Shown here: piece after piece, positions 27,501-42,500 of the stretch
Numbering within the stretch: the first letter of the stretch is position 1
Layout of the letters: each line of letters begins with the position of its first letter
Assembly (NCBI GenBank): GCA_905178155.1
Contig: CAJINV010000002.1
Location: forward strand, 2,919,152-2,983,151
Reading direction: 5' to 3'
From: Amoebophrya sp. A120
Lineage: Eukaryota; Protista; Dinoflagellata
Length of the DNA stretch: 64,000 bases
Program-made: the position numbers and the translations under genes
The notes under the pieces: model-generated
Database searches by the model: none
What the model was told of the DNA's origin: nothing
The model's input: the letters and a program-made list of their open reading frames with translations, nothing else

Positions 27501-30500
27501 CTTGCCATGTGAATTGCTCTGGTGGCCGTCTTTTATATGTTCTCTTCCGCCCTCTTTTCCGGGGGCGTAGAGCCTTATTTGCAAATGGGGCGCCATAGTG
27601 TAAATCCCACCTGGTAACAGCGGTAGGAAAGTAGTGAGGCCGAGATCGGGCGTGAACCGCGCCGGCGCCTGCACGTGTGCAGAGCCCTTTTTGCGGCGTT
27701 TGAGGTGCCCCGTCGGGCTCTAAGCGGCACAACTCAAAGCGGTAGCGCGCTCGTTTCCGCTGGCTATCGTGAACATTTCCCGATAGCTATCGTGGTCGCG
27801 ATGGTACCGGAATATATGAGTGTGCGTCCATAGTACAACCCCGGGAGGAAGAAAGACCGGGTATAGAGATGAAAAAGGTGATCTTCCCGCGTGTTCTTAT
27901 CCCTAAGAAAAATCGCGCCATACCGTCGCGATTCGTGGGCTTTTTTTATTCTAGACAAGGCCTGGCGTGTCTGAGGCTAACAAAAGCGCCACCGCCCAGG
28001 GCTATCCAAAGCCTTCGCCGCGCATCATCCAGAGGGTCGCGCTTTCGTGCTTAGCGCAGCCCCAGCTCATGCGCCAGGGAACGCTCTGCACACTGACAGA
28101 ATAATCGCCGGCCACTGCGTCCAAGTTCGGGCGCCCGGGCGCGAGCTGATGCCCCACCCAAAGAGCCCCCCCAAGCCGGGGCTACGCCGGCGGTCGCACC
28201 GGGCCGCGGCAGTGTGCGCGCCCACTCGTCTCTCTTTGTGTCAGGCAGCAGATGATGGCCCCTCCGGTGTTGTCTTTGGTGCCTGCGCCGTGCCGTCGGT
28301 CCTAAATTAGGACCGGTGGGGCGCTGGCTCCATAAAATGATATGTATATGGTTATGGGACCACGTCCACGAAGCAAAGATGGTGCTTCAGCTGCGCACGC
28401 TCCCGCTCGTGCATAGATAAGAGCACTACTGCAGCGACCTGCTGTGGTGTTTTGGGATGAAGCAGAGTTGTAGCTTCGGCTCCAAATGTTCCCGTTCTCG
28501 TTTTCTGTTGTTCTTATCCTCCAACTCCGCGCGCTGTGGCACAGGTACAACCCCGGGAGAAAGAAAGACCGGGGCTCTCGCGACCACAAGAGTTCCTTCC
28601 TGAAGCCGGGGTGGGCCAAGGAGAGTGGGGAGTCCCATCTCGAACGGTGCGTTCCGGCGCGGTTGGACGCTTTGTCAAAGGTCATCTCCCTGATTCTGTA
28701 CGACCGATTTTCCGAGGCGGATGCGCTTCTGGAAAAGTACCACTTCTTTGCGAAAAAAGTTTTCGAGGAAATAATACTCGACAAGTCTGGTGATAGTGGT
28801 GAAAAAGAAAATGATGATGAAGCTGAAAGAACCGCAGCTGCAGGACGTCCAGCTCCAGCGCCTTCTGGACGATTGAGATACGATCCCTCCATGCTGGATT
28901 CCCTTGTGCAGAACGCAAAAAACGAGGTCCGGGCGCGTGGGGCACCATTGGACGTTAATCACAAAGAGGAGCTAGAAGGTGGAACAACAGAAAAAAAATT
29001 TTCGGAAGCTGCTGCGTCCACGTTATCCTCTGCAAGTACTATGAGTAGTTCTAGCACCACTATTTCTAGTAAAACTACATCTCGTCCCCACGACGACCCT
29101 TTTGATGTACAAGAAGCATCCCCCGCGGCGGCCCCGTCTTTGCTGGATTACCGCAAGGCCCGGGTGTTTGACCGCGGTCACATCGCGCGCGAAAATTTTC
29201 CTCCGGGGCGGGAAATACTTGTCGGCGCAGAGGACCGGATTATAATGGGTTTGGATAGAACAATTAGAAGTGTGAAGAGCAGTTCAAGTGATGCAAGAAC
29301 TGGAGGAAGGTCGTCCGGAAGTAGAACGTCACCGGATAAGGGAAAAGAAAAAGCAGCAAGTTCCTCGGGGACCACGGACAATGAAGAAGTACGACCAGAT
29401 GAAGGGATAGACAAAGACACGGAAATAAATCGCGAAAATCCTCCTGCAACGTCGTCGTTCCTTGATGTTGAAGATGTCGAGCTCGAAGAAGATCATCCTG
29501 GACAGGCTTCGTTCATTTCCAAATCGGATACAACCACGGATTATGATGATGATGATGATGATGACGATGATAAAAAGTCCTTCTACTCCCACCACCAGGA
29601 CGTGAGTTTCTTTGCCATTGGTGTTGCCCATGCTGCGACGGCCGCCGAGCAGTACCTGCACCAGGGGAAGCCGTTCGGCGTTCCCCTGGTGCCCCCGGTG
29701 GGGTGCAGCATGGTGGAGACGGCCCCGCAAAACCTGCAATCCACCGAAGGCGTGAGCCTGAATTTGGACAACCCCAATCGCAAGGGCGGTCAGGATTTCA
29801 TATCCTGTGCGAAAGTATCGTATTCGTATTGCAATCATGCATTACAAATCCTTTTGTTAATGCAAATCCGCATTACAATGCTGAAGAAATTTGTAATGCA
29901 TTTAAATTTATACGAGTACGATACTTTTGTAGTTCATATTTCACGCCGCTAACCGATCTGTATTTCCACAGCGAGATTGACCTGGTGCACTGGAGGAGGC
30001 ACAGCACCACTAGCAAGGACGGTCTGTATTTCCCAGCCAGGACTTTGATGCCGAACGAAAAAGAAAATGTGTATCGCGCTGTAGACTTCTTTGCAACTAC
30101 CACAAGGGCGCGCGCAGCGCCGGGCCGCGAGAAGAGGAACAGGAAGAAAATTAACTACAAGAACTCCGCTGCGAGCAAAGATGAGAACAAACAAAATTAT
30201 CCCGATAAAAAGAAGGAACAAAACCAAAATGATAACAACGAGCAGACACAGACTGGTCCTTCTACACGACGAGAAGAAAAGAACAAACGCGACGTCATTT
30301 ATCGGCCAATTTGCGATCCTGCGCTATGAAATGCAAAAGCATCGTACTGGAACTAGTATAAATGCATTACAAATTATTTCCTCAGCATGAGATGAAATAA
30401 GATTTGTAATGCAGTTTTACCTTGAGAGCAAGATTTGTATATGCATGTTTGCGATTAATACTACGAGTGCGATACTTTTGCACTTGATATGCGCTCTTTG

Positions 30501-33500
30501 ATGTTGATGTCGAAGACGGTATACCAGATATTAGCACTTCAACTTCCCCATTAATGGAAGTATTTCCGGACAGGTGGAAGGCGAGAATGTCGGGCACTAC
30601 TACAAATGATCGGGCGGTGGACGAGAATAGTAGAACCTCCGGTCTATCAGAACCAGAAGCTGAAGCATCATCAACAACGCCGCGTCCTCCTCAAACACTT
30701 TTGTCCACAGTCGCTGACTTGGTCGCTCTCAGTGCTATAGAAAATCACAAGCCGCAGCCGCATATGAAATCGAAATGCAAAAGCATCGTAATGATATAAA
30801 TCGCATGACAAATTTTCTCAGCATGATGAGAAATAAGATTTGTATATGCAGATTTGCCTTTTTAAGAGAGAGATTTGTAGTGCATGACTGCTATTACTAG
30901 CTACGAGTGCGATATTACAACTTTTGCACAGGATACCGCGCGTGCGGCTTCGGGTAGAGTCGATTTGCGCGCAGCCTGAACTTTTGGATCGAACGACTAT
31001 GTCCACCACAGAGCCCAAGGCCATCCAATTCCGCGGCCCTCACCAATGGTGGCGTAAACGGTTGCAAAGGGTAAAAGAGCAGATAACTACTACTACCGCA
31101 GTAGATCAGGAGCAGAGCCAGCCAAAAGCTATTCATTTGTCCGGTGGCCACCGCGACGACGAGAAGAACAACCACGAGGACAAAAAACAAGAACATCACG
31201 TGGAGTTGGCGAAAAAGAAAAGAAAAGCCACGACGAGAAATAGTAACAAGACCTCCCGGGTGTTTGTTGAGAATAAGAAGGAAATCAAGACCCGATTGCG
31301 CGATTTGCTCCGCGATCACCTTGCTTACCAGAGCTCGCTAGACCGGAAGTGCAACGAGCTGCGCGCGTCGGACAACGGGCGGTCCAGCCTGGTGTTGTGT
31401 CCCATGTGCGTCCGGGATTTGCACCGGGACGTGCAGCGAAAGATGCTGTTTTTTGTGGAGGCCGCGCAGCCCACCACGAGGATAAGGCAGTTTCGGGGAC
31501 TCACGTCGCCCGCTCCGCACGAGGTGGTCGCGGAGCTGCGGCGACACCGGAAATATGGCATTCTCAACTGTTACATTCTCAACTGCTACACGGATTTGTC
31601 ATGCGAAGTTGCCATTAGCCTCCACTTGATCAAGGTGCTTAGCATGACAAATTCCCGAAGGGCTAAACAGCATGATAATCTGTACCGAATCTGTGATGCG
31701 AAAGCTGCAATATTGCCACTTTTACTGCTGCTGTTCTTGCATTACAAATCCATGCAACAGTTGAGAATGTAACGTTTGAGAACGCCATAGGAACAGCCCG
31801 GCCTTTAGGGATCAGGTGTCCTACACCAACTTCGCCCAGTCGCGGGCCTTCCTCGCCGTCCTGCAGCGGTTTTACGGCGGCAGCGATGACGACCGAAAGA
31901 TCGTGGGCGACATGGTGGATGCGCAGGCGCACTATCCTGTGCAAAAACGTCCCCACCCCAGAGTTGTCATGCAGATTTGCAATGACAGGAAGACTTGTGA
32001 TGCGCAGCTACATGATAGGCATTTCTAAGCGTGTATTTGGAATTTGTAATGCTGTAAACAGGATGAACAGATGGATTTGTAATGCGGTTGTGCTCGCTAA
32101 ACTGCACGAGAATGCAGAGAGGAACTTGTCATGCGTGGCTCCCAAGCAAGATTCTGCATTTGTATTGCACGGCCCCCAAGGCGACTATGGGGTGGGGACG
32201 TTTTTACTCAGGATACGTGCGTGGATTTCATCAAGATGGATGGCTACTTCGAGCAGTGGCTACAGCTCCTCTCCGCGTCGCACCAGGTGCGCATTGCAAA
32301 AGCATTGTAGTCGTACTAATTGCAGTTATGCATTACAAATCTCCTTCTTAAGGCAAATCCGCATTACAAATTAAATTTGTAATGCTGACCCAATTTGTAT
32401 TGCTATTGCAATTTAGACTACTACGATACTTTTGCAGTTCATATCAGGTGCGGTTGCGCAATGTGTTCGACGCGCGTGACCCCGACGAGTCCGCCACGAC
32501 CCACTGTGCCATCCACAGCTAGGGGACTCTCAAATGTTACATTCTCAACTGTTACACGATTTGTAATGCAAAATTGCCATCAGTATCTACATGATCAAGC
32601 TGCTTCGCATGACAAATTCTCGAAGAGCCAAACAGGCTGAAAATTTGTGCCAAATCTGTCATGCAAGACGCGCTAGGTCTCCCCTTTCGCGTTTGCCATT
32701 CTTGCATCACAAATTCATATAACAGTTGAGAATGTCAATGTAACGTTTGAGAACGCCATAACCGCCGGCTCAGTCTCGACGAGGAGGACCTGGCCCGGCT
32801 ATGAAAAGGAAAAATCCCCCCTCCCACAATTGACAAGGTACGTTTTCGAAAATCTGTGTTGCTGATTTGTGACCACAAATCGTCTCTGTGTTGCATGAAG
32901 GCAACTCCACAGGCTCCGCCGCATTCTACGCCAGGCGGTTTGTCGTGCTCATGCTCCTACAGCGTAGACGTCTGTCGTGCTAAGCGCCTAGGCCAAGACC
33001 TGTGGCCTTCTCAGGCTTGTTATGGGCCTGCAGTGCTCGCCAGCAAGACAGATCTGATTTGTGTACGCACATCCAGCGCCAGGAGCTTCGTTGTGATATG
33101 GGGAGGGGGGATTTTTCATTCTGATACCGGCGGGGCGGCAGCACCTGGCGGCTGAAAGACGAAAGCACGGAGGAATTGGACCGGCTTATCCTATGTAAAA
33201 ACGTCCCCACCCGGTAGTTGTCATGCAAATCTGCATGCTTTAAATGGTTGGCACTTTTATTGGGGCGACTTGCCGTGGTAGCGCTCGGCTTTTGTATGTT
33301 GAGGTCGCCGAAAGTGCTTCCTCGCCCACCCCCCGGGGAGGGGATCCTTGACCTGTGGCGCTGGGAGCGTTTGTCCACTACATGATGATGATGATGCGGA
33401 GCCCCATGACACTCATTTTCTACCTAGTGCTGTTATGAAACTTGTGACGCTCGAATCAGCATTAGAGGCTCGATTTGTGATGCTGCTGCACTAGCTAAAT

Positions 33501-36500
33501 TCGACCACACTGCGGGCCCAAACTTGTCATGCGCAAGAGCCAACGCTCGTTGATTTGTCTTGCAGAATATCCAACTTGACCAATAAATGGGGTGGGGATG
33601 TTTTACATATGATACAGCTCGCGGAGAATGCAGAGTACGACAGCTTGGAACTATGGTGTTCTCAAAAGTTCTCACATTCTCAACGGTTTTTACATGAATT
33701 TGTCATGCAGAATCAGGATCACGCTTGTCACGTCGATCAAGCTTCTTCGCATGACAAGTTCTCGTCAAGCTAAATAGCATTTATTATCCTTGCCAAATCT
33801 GTAATGCAAGACGCGCAAGGTCCCCACTTTCACTTTTTGCTGTTCTTGCATCACAAATCTGTGTAACAGTTAAGACAATGTAACATCTGAGAACGCCATA
33901 GGAGCGGGAGGACGAGTATGGCGTGATCTCCTACATCTCCAGCATGCGGCGGGTATCAAATGCAAATATGTCTGGGTCTGGAAGGATGGCACTTGTCAGG
34001 CTAAATCAAAATCATACAAAGATCTGTCTTGCATGATTGCCAAACGCTGTCCACTTTCGCCCAAGTTGAGAGGGGGTTTCTCATGCAGGATGGGCATGAT
34101 AGAGACCCCGCAGAGCAGTGGTCTGCCATGCTAGATTCTGCATTCCAGATCCCATGGGTCATGCAAAATGTGCATGACAAACTCCTGCACTCATCCAGAC
34201 TCAGACATATTTGCGATGCATAGCAGTCGAAAAGCTATGACGACGACAGTCCCAACTACGTGAAAATTGACCTGCCCGACCCGGAGCTGCGATGCTACCC
34301 GCGGCACAGCGCGAAGGGCGGCAGCCCGCCGGCCTACGCGGACTTCGGTTTTCACAACTGGTGCTGGGGCTGCCGCGCGAGCCAGCCGGACACGCTGTTT
34401 TCCATGACCTGCCTGCGCTGCCAGCGCGTGCGCCCGGCGCAGCAACTCACGCGCTCGTTCTCCAACGTGATTCGAAAGCGGCAGGTGGAGTATAGTATCG
34501 CAAGAAAAAACTGTTTCACTGTAAACTTGTAAAAATGCAGAAAATGTACCTGAGAAGTATTTGTTTTGCTACACATGCAAGACAGTGGATTTTTACATGT
34601 GTTTTCCCTTAGAATCTCGCATGGCAAATTTTCTCTGTGATTTAGAACAAACTTGTGATGCAAAACTTGCAAAATCCTTAGCTTACAGTGGAACACTTTT
34701 TTCATACGATATACAGCACCGCCCCATTAGCCGGCGACGCCTCTTCCTTGCATAGGTGGGGCTCAAATCTAGAACACGCCCGCCTCAGCAGGGACGTCGA
34801 GGTGGACCAACAGGTCCAGGACGCCGAAAAATCGGCCAAAATAGGGGGTGAACAAAGGGTCGACCGTGCTGTAGAATTGCTGGAAAAGGACTTGTTCTTT
34901 CCCTACTTTCTGCAGCGCATGCACTTGGTATGACAGTCGTGCACAACTCCCCCTCGTTGTTCTCATTTCTCATGCAAAAGCCCGAATCCAATTGCTCCCT
35001 TGTGTCACTATTGTGCTTGACAGATTCCGCAAGCCCAAATAGTACTACACTAGGTGCATGAATTTGTCATGCACAGGCTCCGCGTTTGCTGGTGTTTGTA
35101 TTGCTGTTCATGCAATACAAATGAGGGGGAGGGGGAGTTGTGCCCTGTCATCCTTGGTTACGGACGGCAGCGGGAAGTTCCACGACCTGCAGGACCGGGA
35201 CCTGCGGTATGGGATTCTCAAACATGACATTCTCAACCGTTACATGAATTTGTCATGCAAAATTACCGTGAGCCACCCGACGATCAAGCTTCTACCTCGC
35301 ATGACAAATCCCCGAATAAGGCTAAATAGTACTTAAATCTGTGCCGACACTCTTGTCCTGCGATACTTGCAAGCTGGCCCCTTTCACTGTCGCGGTTCTT
35401 GCATCACAAAAAATCCGTGGCGTAACAGCTGAGAATTATGTAACGCTTGAGCACGCCATATGCGGGTGTACAGCTTGAGTGAGCTCCCGACGCTGTTGGA
35501 CAGCGAAGACCGCCTCGAGCTGCCGCGGCACTCGCCGCTGTTTCGCGCCGCGTGGAACGCCGAAGAACCGGCTAACAGTGATCCCTTGCTGCTGCAGCTG
35601 TACTACGGGCAGAGCGTGAAGACGCCGCTGCCGCTGTCCTTGTCCAGTAAGGCCAACGCGGCCTACCGCTACAGCTCGGTGGGCGAGCGGGTGCGCATCC
35701 TGGACAACTTAGCCTGGAGCGGCACGGCCTTGTGGGACAATTTATTGGAGGAGCAGTTGTTTCCCAACGCAGACTATGAACTGCAAAAGTATCGTACTCG
35801 TATAAATGCATGACAAATTTCCTCAGCATGAGAAGGAAAATTTTTAATGCGGATTTGCTTTAAGAAAAAAATTTGTAATGCAAGACTTGCATTTATACGA
35901 ATCAATACGATACTTTTGCACAGCATACAGACCGGCTCCGGGTGGTCGTCGCGCACCTCGTGCAGGACCTGGTGAAGCCGGTCATTTTATCAAAAGGAAA
36001 AATCCGCCCTCCCCATATCAAAACGAAGTTTCTGATGCTGGATTTGCCTACACAAATCCGATTTGTCTTGCTGGCGAGGACTGCAGGCCCATATCAAGCC
36101 TGAGTAGACAAATTTTGGCTTAGGCGCTTAGCATGACAGACGTCTACGCTGTAGGTGCAACAGCATGACAAACGACCGCCGGTAGAATGCGGCGGAGCCT
36201 GTGGAGTTGCCTTCATGCAACACAGAGCACAAATCAACAGCGCAAATTTTCGAAAACGCGCTTTGTCAATATCGGGAGGGAGGATTTTTCCTTTTGATAC
36301 ATTTTCGCGCTCCGGCTCGACAGCCCGAGCTACATGACGGACCGGGATGTGATGGAAGAGGAGTTCCGAAAACACTATCAAATGTAAAAATGTCTGGGTC
36401 TGGAAGGGTTGCAACTTGTGATGCAAACGCTGGAGCACGCAAAAACTTGTGTTGCATGAGCGCCAAAAGCTGTCCATTTCTTGGCACGCAAGTAGGACAT

Positions 36501-39500
36501 TTCTCATGCGGGACAGGCATCATGAGGCGTGCTCAAAACCTGTGATGCTTTTGCCTGCATCAGAAGCCATTTGCGTGATCCGAAATATGCATGACAAGTC
36601 TCGCAATCTTCCAGACCCAGACATTTTTACAGTCGATAAACACGGACAGAGACCCATTTTAATCGGGCGCCTGTGGAAGCAGGAGTTCTGGGTCGGGCGG
36701 CAAACTCACCGCCAGGTGCTGGGGCGCAGCGTGATGTATGAAGTATCCTGTGCAAAAGTATCGTAATTGCAGTCATGCATTACAAATTTTTTCCCCAAGG
36801 TAAATCCGCATGACAAATTTGATTTCTCATGCTGAGGAAATTTGTAATGCATTTACTTAAATACGAGTGCTGTGCGATACTTGTGCATTGCATATGAAGC
36901 GTTTGGCACCCACGAGGACAATCCGCGGCTGTTTTTCCCCGGGTATCCTATGTAAAAACGTCCCCACGACCCACCCAGAGTTGTCATGCAAATGCGCAAT
37001 GACAGGAATCGATTTGTGATGCGCAGCTCCATAAAAGGCATAGTTGGAAGTCGTGTTTTGGAATTTGTGATGCTGTAACCTGTATGAAAAAATGGCTTTC
37101 TCATGCGGCTTTCCTTGCTAAAAACCAGCACAACACTGCAGAGGCAAACTTGTCATGCGCAACTCCCAAAGCTTGGAGATTTGTGTAGCAGATTTCCCAT
37201 CTTGAGGACTCTGGGGTGGGGATGTTTTTACTCGGGATGCCGGCGAGTCGGCGCCGATCTCCCTGCAAGATCTGATCCGGGAGGAATTATACGAAGCGCA
37301 GCACTATGCGCTGCAAATAGGTATCGTACTAGTATAAATCGCATGACAAATTTTCTCAGCATGAGAAATGAAATCTGTAGTGCGGATTTAACTTGGCATA
37401 AAATTTTGTAATGCATGAATGCGATTTCAGTACAAGCACGATAATGTTGCAGTGCATAAGCACGGCATGCTGGCCAGGGCGGTGCGCCCGTTCCAGGAGG
37501 TTATGGCGTTCTCAAACGTTACATTCTCAACTGTTACATGAACTTGTAATGCAAGAACAGCAACAGTGAAAGTGACAATATTGCAGCTTTCGCATCACAG
37601 ATTTTCCACAGATCAGCATGCTGCTTAGCCCTTCGAAAATTTGTCATGCTAAGCACCTTGATCAAGTGAAGGCTGATGGCAATTTTGCATGACAAATCCG
37701 TGTAACAGTTGAGAATGTAACAGTTGAGAACGCCATAGAGGTGGTGCGGTTGTTGGACCTGGATATGACAGTGCACAACTCGTCCCCCTCCCCCTCATTT
37801 GTATTGCATGAACAGCAACACAAGCGCCAGCGACCCTGGAGCCTGTGCATGACAAATTTATGTTCACCCTGCTGTAGTACTGTTTTGTCTGTTGGGCTTA
37901 GGCTCCTTTCGAAATTTGTCATGCAAACAGTGCCACAGGTGGGCAGCGACTGGCTTTGGGATTTTGCATGACAAGTGAGGGGGACCACGGGGACGAGTTG
38001 TGCACTCTCATACTGGACTGGGCCAAGCAGGTCCGGTACCTGGAGGGTCAGGCCGTGTTGGAGGTCTTCAAGAACATGCCCGGAGGTGGTCGCGTTGAGG
38101 ATATCGCAAAAAAAAACTGTCTCACTGTGAACTTGTGATGCAGAAAATGCAACACAGAACGACTTGTCTTGCTACACCTACAAGGTATTGGATTTTCAAG
38201 CGCGTTTTCCCTTGGGAAGCGCGTATGACAAATTTTCAGTGTCATGTGTAAACAAACTTGTGATGCGGATCTTGCAAAATCATCACAGTGAAGCAATTTT
38301 TTCGTGGGATAGACGAGGACGCAGAGGAAATAAACAAGGCAGCAGGAGAAGTAAACGAGGAGGACGACGACGAGGAGGGTGGTCGCTTGTTTGAGGAAGA
38401 GAAAGGCCGCAAGGAAGATGTTGATGAACATCAAGCGCGACGAGGAGGAGGACGAGGACCCCCAAAATTAGACGACCGAAGCTTCACAAAGCGCTACCTC
38501 TACGATCAGCACCAAGACTACAAATATTGGCATACAATTCCTGAACATGAGGAGAATCTTCTGGGCCAGCAGCTCGGGCTGACAGACGACGTATCAAACA
38601 CAAAAATGTCTGGGTCTGGAAGGATGCGAACTTGTGATGCATACTTGGATCACAGAAAAATCTGTCATGCTCAGACAGCAAAGGAAGCTCCTTTTCCTGT
38701 CGCCGAAAGAAGGCGTTTGTCATGCGGATTAAGCATGGGGAAACCGCCTCAAAACCTGTGATGCTAGGCCTTGCATGGCACACCTTCCGTGTCAAGCAGA
38801 CACAGCATCACAAACCTCAGCAAGCTTCCAGACCCAGGCACTTTTGCATTTGATACTACGCGATCCGAGACGAATTCCGACGGGAAGCTGCTTTAGTGGA
38901 TCTGTATTTGGACCTGCTATTGTGAGGAAAAATCCCCCCTCCCCATACCAAAGCGGGATACTTCTGAAAATTTGTGATGCTGATTTGAGGCCACAAATCG
39001 TTTCTGTATTGCAAGCAGGCAAATCCAAAAACTAAAACGTGTCCGCGTTCTGCAGGTATTAATTTGTCATGCTCTGTATGGCCTATGGAGGACATGCCTG
39101 CCTTGCTAGGCGCCTACACCAAAACCCACCTCCTACTCCCGCTTTGTACTTGCCTGCACTCCTCTACTGCAAGACAAAGCCGATTTGTGTACAGAATTCC
39201 CGCGCCACAGATTTCCATTTCGATATGTGGAGGGGGGATTTTTCTTTTTGGTACCTGCGAAAAGAAAACCAGAACAAGAAGGGAGGTGATTCCAGCACCG
39301 CCACTTCCGCGCTGCAGGAGAAGAAAGCGCGGGTGGATCGAAAAATTACCCAAGCTGCGTTGGCGCTGCTGTTTGTACGCGGAATGCGGATCCACTTTGC
39401 CGTCAACTTTCTGCCGGCCATTTGTTTCCTGAACCGGTTTTTGCGGTTCTACGTACCCCGCCGCGTGTTTCCCACCTTCTCGCAGGGCAGCGTTGTGTAT

Positions 39501-42500
39501 CCGAGTGCACAAGAACAACTACTCCCCCGGCCCCCTCATTTGTATTGCATGAGAAGCAATTATCCAAACACTAGCACCGCACGTGGACGAGCCTGCGCAT
39601 GACAAGTTCATTGGCCGAAGGTAGTGTTGTTTCGCCTTCCGAAATTTGTCATGCAAACAGTGCAACAGGGTAGCAAATGGATTTTGCGGTTTTGCATGTT
39701 ACAAATGAGGGGGGGAGTTCGAGATGTGCACTCTCATATTGTGGAAATGCCCGAGTTTCACTTTTCGCAAGCCGCGACGACGAAGGAACACGACCGGGAA
39801 GCCCTCGAGGCCGTGCTCCGCGATGAAAAGCGGGACGACAAGCGGGCGGCGAAACAGCCGGAGGCGCTGACCTCGTGGATAGCCGGGCTGCGCCTCCTCA
39901 CCAGCGAGCACGGGAATGTCGGGACGCAATCTTGTGCGGAACTGCTGGCGCAAATCCTACCCCAGTTTAAGCGGATCCTCCTCGCCCGGTTTCACCTGCG
40001 CGCCCTGCAGCAGAACTACGGCGTTTACCTGCAAGGAAGCGTCGGCCCCGAAGTAGTGGAGCAGGGAGGACGTAGCACGGCGGGGGCCGGCGGCGCGGGG
40101 TTGATGAAGGTTAGCCTGGTCAGCACGGGGGTGGCAGCTACGCCAGGAGGAGCAGGCGAGGGAGAAGTAGGTGGGCCCTCGTCTTCAACAGGAGCAAGTA
40201 GTACAAGAACTGCGTCAGGTGGTGGAGCAACAGGAGCTGCACCAGGTTCGACGGAGAGCAGGACTTACATCCGTACTTTGTCCCGTACCGAGACCGAACA
40301 GTACCTGACGCAGCCTGTAGGTGCTCTCGGCGATACTAGCGTGCAGATGAGTAACGCGATTCTGAGTCTCTATCAAATGTAAAAATGCCTGGGTCTGGAA
40401 GAATGCAGCTCGTCATGCTAAATCTGAAGCATGCAAAAATCTGTGTTGCATGATTACCAAAAGACGTCCAGTTTTGACCAAGTCGGGAGGGAGTTTCTCA
40501 TGCAAGATAGGCATGAGAGAGATCGCGCAGAATCTGTCATGCTAGGTCCTGCATTCCAGACCTCATGGGTCATGGAAAAGCTGCATGACAAATCGCGCAT
40601 TCTTCCAGACCCAGACATTTTTACACTTGATAGTCTCAGCATTCATGCGATTGCGGACCCGTTGCAGGACCTGCCGGAGTATCCTCGATGCAAAAGTATC
40701 TGATACTCGTATTGCAATCATCGACATTAGCATTACAAATCTTTTTCTCAAGGTCACTCCGCATTACAAATTTCATTTCTACTCATGCTGAGGAAATTTG
40801 TAATGCATTAGTATACGAGTCCGAGTCCGAGTGCGATACTTATTTTGCAGTTCATACGGAGCAGGCCATCCAGCGCCGGGCCCACGTGGAGCGCACCTCC
40901 AGGCCCGCCAAGTCCAAGGGGTTACGGGAATTCCAGAAGTGCACCAGGAAACTGTCGTCCGAGAAGCAGGTCGGACATCGCAAGGCCACAGGAGATGATG
41001 AGAAAGGTCATGGCGCAGGAGCTGCACGGCAAGGAGCCACCAGTGGTGGTCCTTCTGCCGGCGTCGACGGAGCTGCAAATAAGTACGCTGGAGGAAAAAT
41101 GCGGAGCAAAGTGAACGGGGACGACAGCACCACCAAGGACGACGACGAGGACGTCATTGTGGACTATCTTCTGGGCGACCTGCGCTGCCTGCGGGTGTTC
41201 GAGATACACGATACGGATTTTTTTCACTTTCCCTACGAAGGCACCCCCGCGACACGGGTAGAGTATCATGATGAAACAAGTGATCTTCGTGGCGACGGGG
41301 ACGGCGAGCTGTCCTCTACTGCAGGAGCAGCAGCCTCTCGTCCTGCGCCGCAGGAGAAAAAAGATAAATCTGTGCACGGCGAGGATAGAAACGACGTTCA
41401 GCCTGCTCTTCTAGCAGGTCGTGATGTGAGCGAGGACGCTGACGATAAGGAGCAAGTCGTAAATAGAAATGATAACCCGGCGGCGCGACCACCCCCTCCC
41501 CCCCGGTTTCGCATTCGCGCCTCTCCTAGCGATAACGAATGCGAGCGATGCTTGCTGTTTACCGACCTGGCCTACGAAATGCGAAAGCATCGTACTAGTA
41601 GAAATCGCATTACAAATTTCCTCAGCATTTTTACAAATTGAATTTGTAATGCTGAATTGCCTCGAGAAAGAAATTTGTAATGCATAAACGCAATTACTAC
41701 GAGTACGATACTTTTGCACAGGATATGGCCCAGGATCTGATGCGGGAGGAATTGCTCGCGCTCCGCCGCGTTTCAACGGCCGAATTCGTATGAGAGTACA
41801 CATCAACTCCCCCTCGTCCCCCTCATTTGTCATGCAAAACCCCAAATCCAGTCGCAGCCGTGTGGCACTGTTGGCATGACAAATTTCGGAGGCCCAAACA
41901 GTACTACATCAGGTACATAAATTTGTCATGCATAGGCTCCACGTGTGCTGGTGTTTTGTTCATGCCATAGCCATACAAATGAAGAGAGGGAGGGGGAGTT
42001 GTGCACTCTGATACTTCGAGACGGCGGTCGAGAAGGCGCATGTTGACAACACGCCCGCGGAAGGCTCGCTGTTGGAGGTGCTCTTGGTCCGGTTTACCGA
42101 CTACCACGACATTCAGAACGAGGTCACGCATATGCAATGCAAAAGTATCGTACTAACTAAGTAAGTAGTATGAATTGCATTACAAATTAGCCCAGCATGA
42201 CAACTAAGTTACAAGTTAGATTTGTAATGCGGATTTGCGGATAAGAAAAAGATTTGTAATGCATAAACGCGAGTAGTACGAGTGCGATACTTGTTTTGCA
42301 CTGCATAACGCAGCTACGGACCAGCTTGTTGGAAGAGCAGGAAACGAGCGGGGACAGCTACTATCCTGAGTAAAAACGTACCCACACCAGAGTCAGGATG
42401 GGGATTTTGCAACACAAACCTAGGAGCTTTGTGAGTCACGCATGACAAGTTGCACTCTGCAGTGTGGTGCAGGTTAGCAAGTGCAGCCGCATCACAGATT

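Noticed and set aside
25850-27732. Overlapping ORFs as a possible transposase
   Set aside because: Arg/Ala/Pro-rich in all frames; no recognisable DDE, RT or Rep/helicase motifs.
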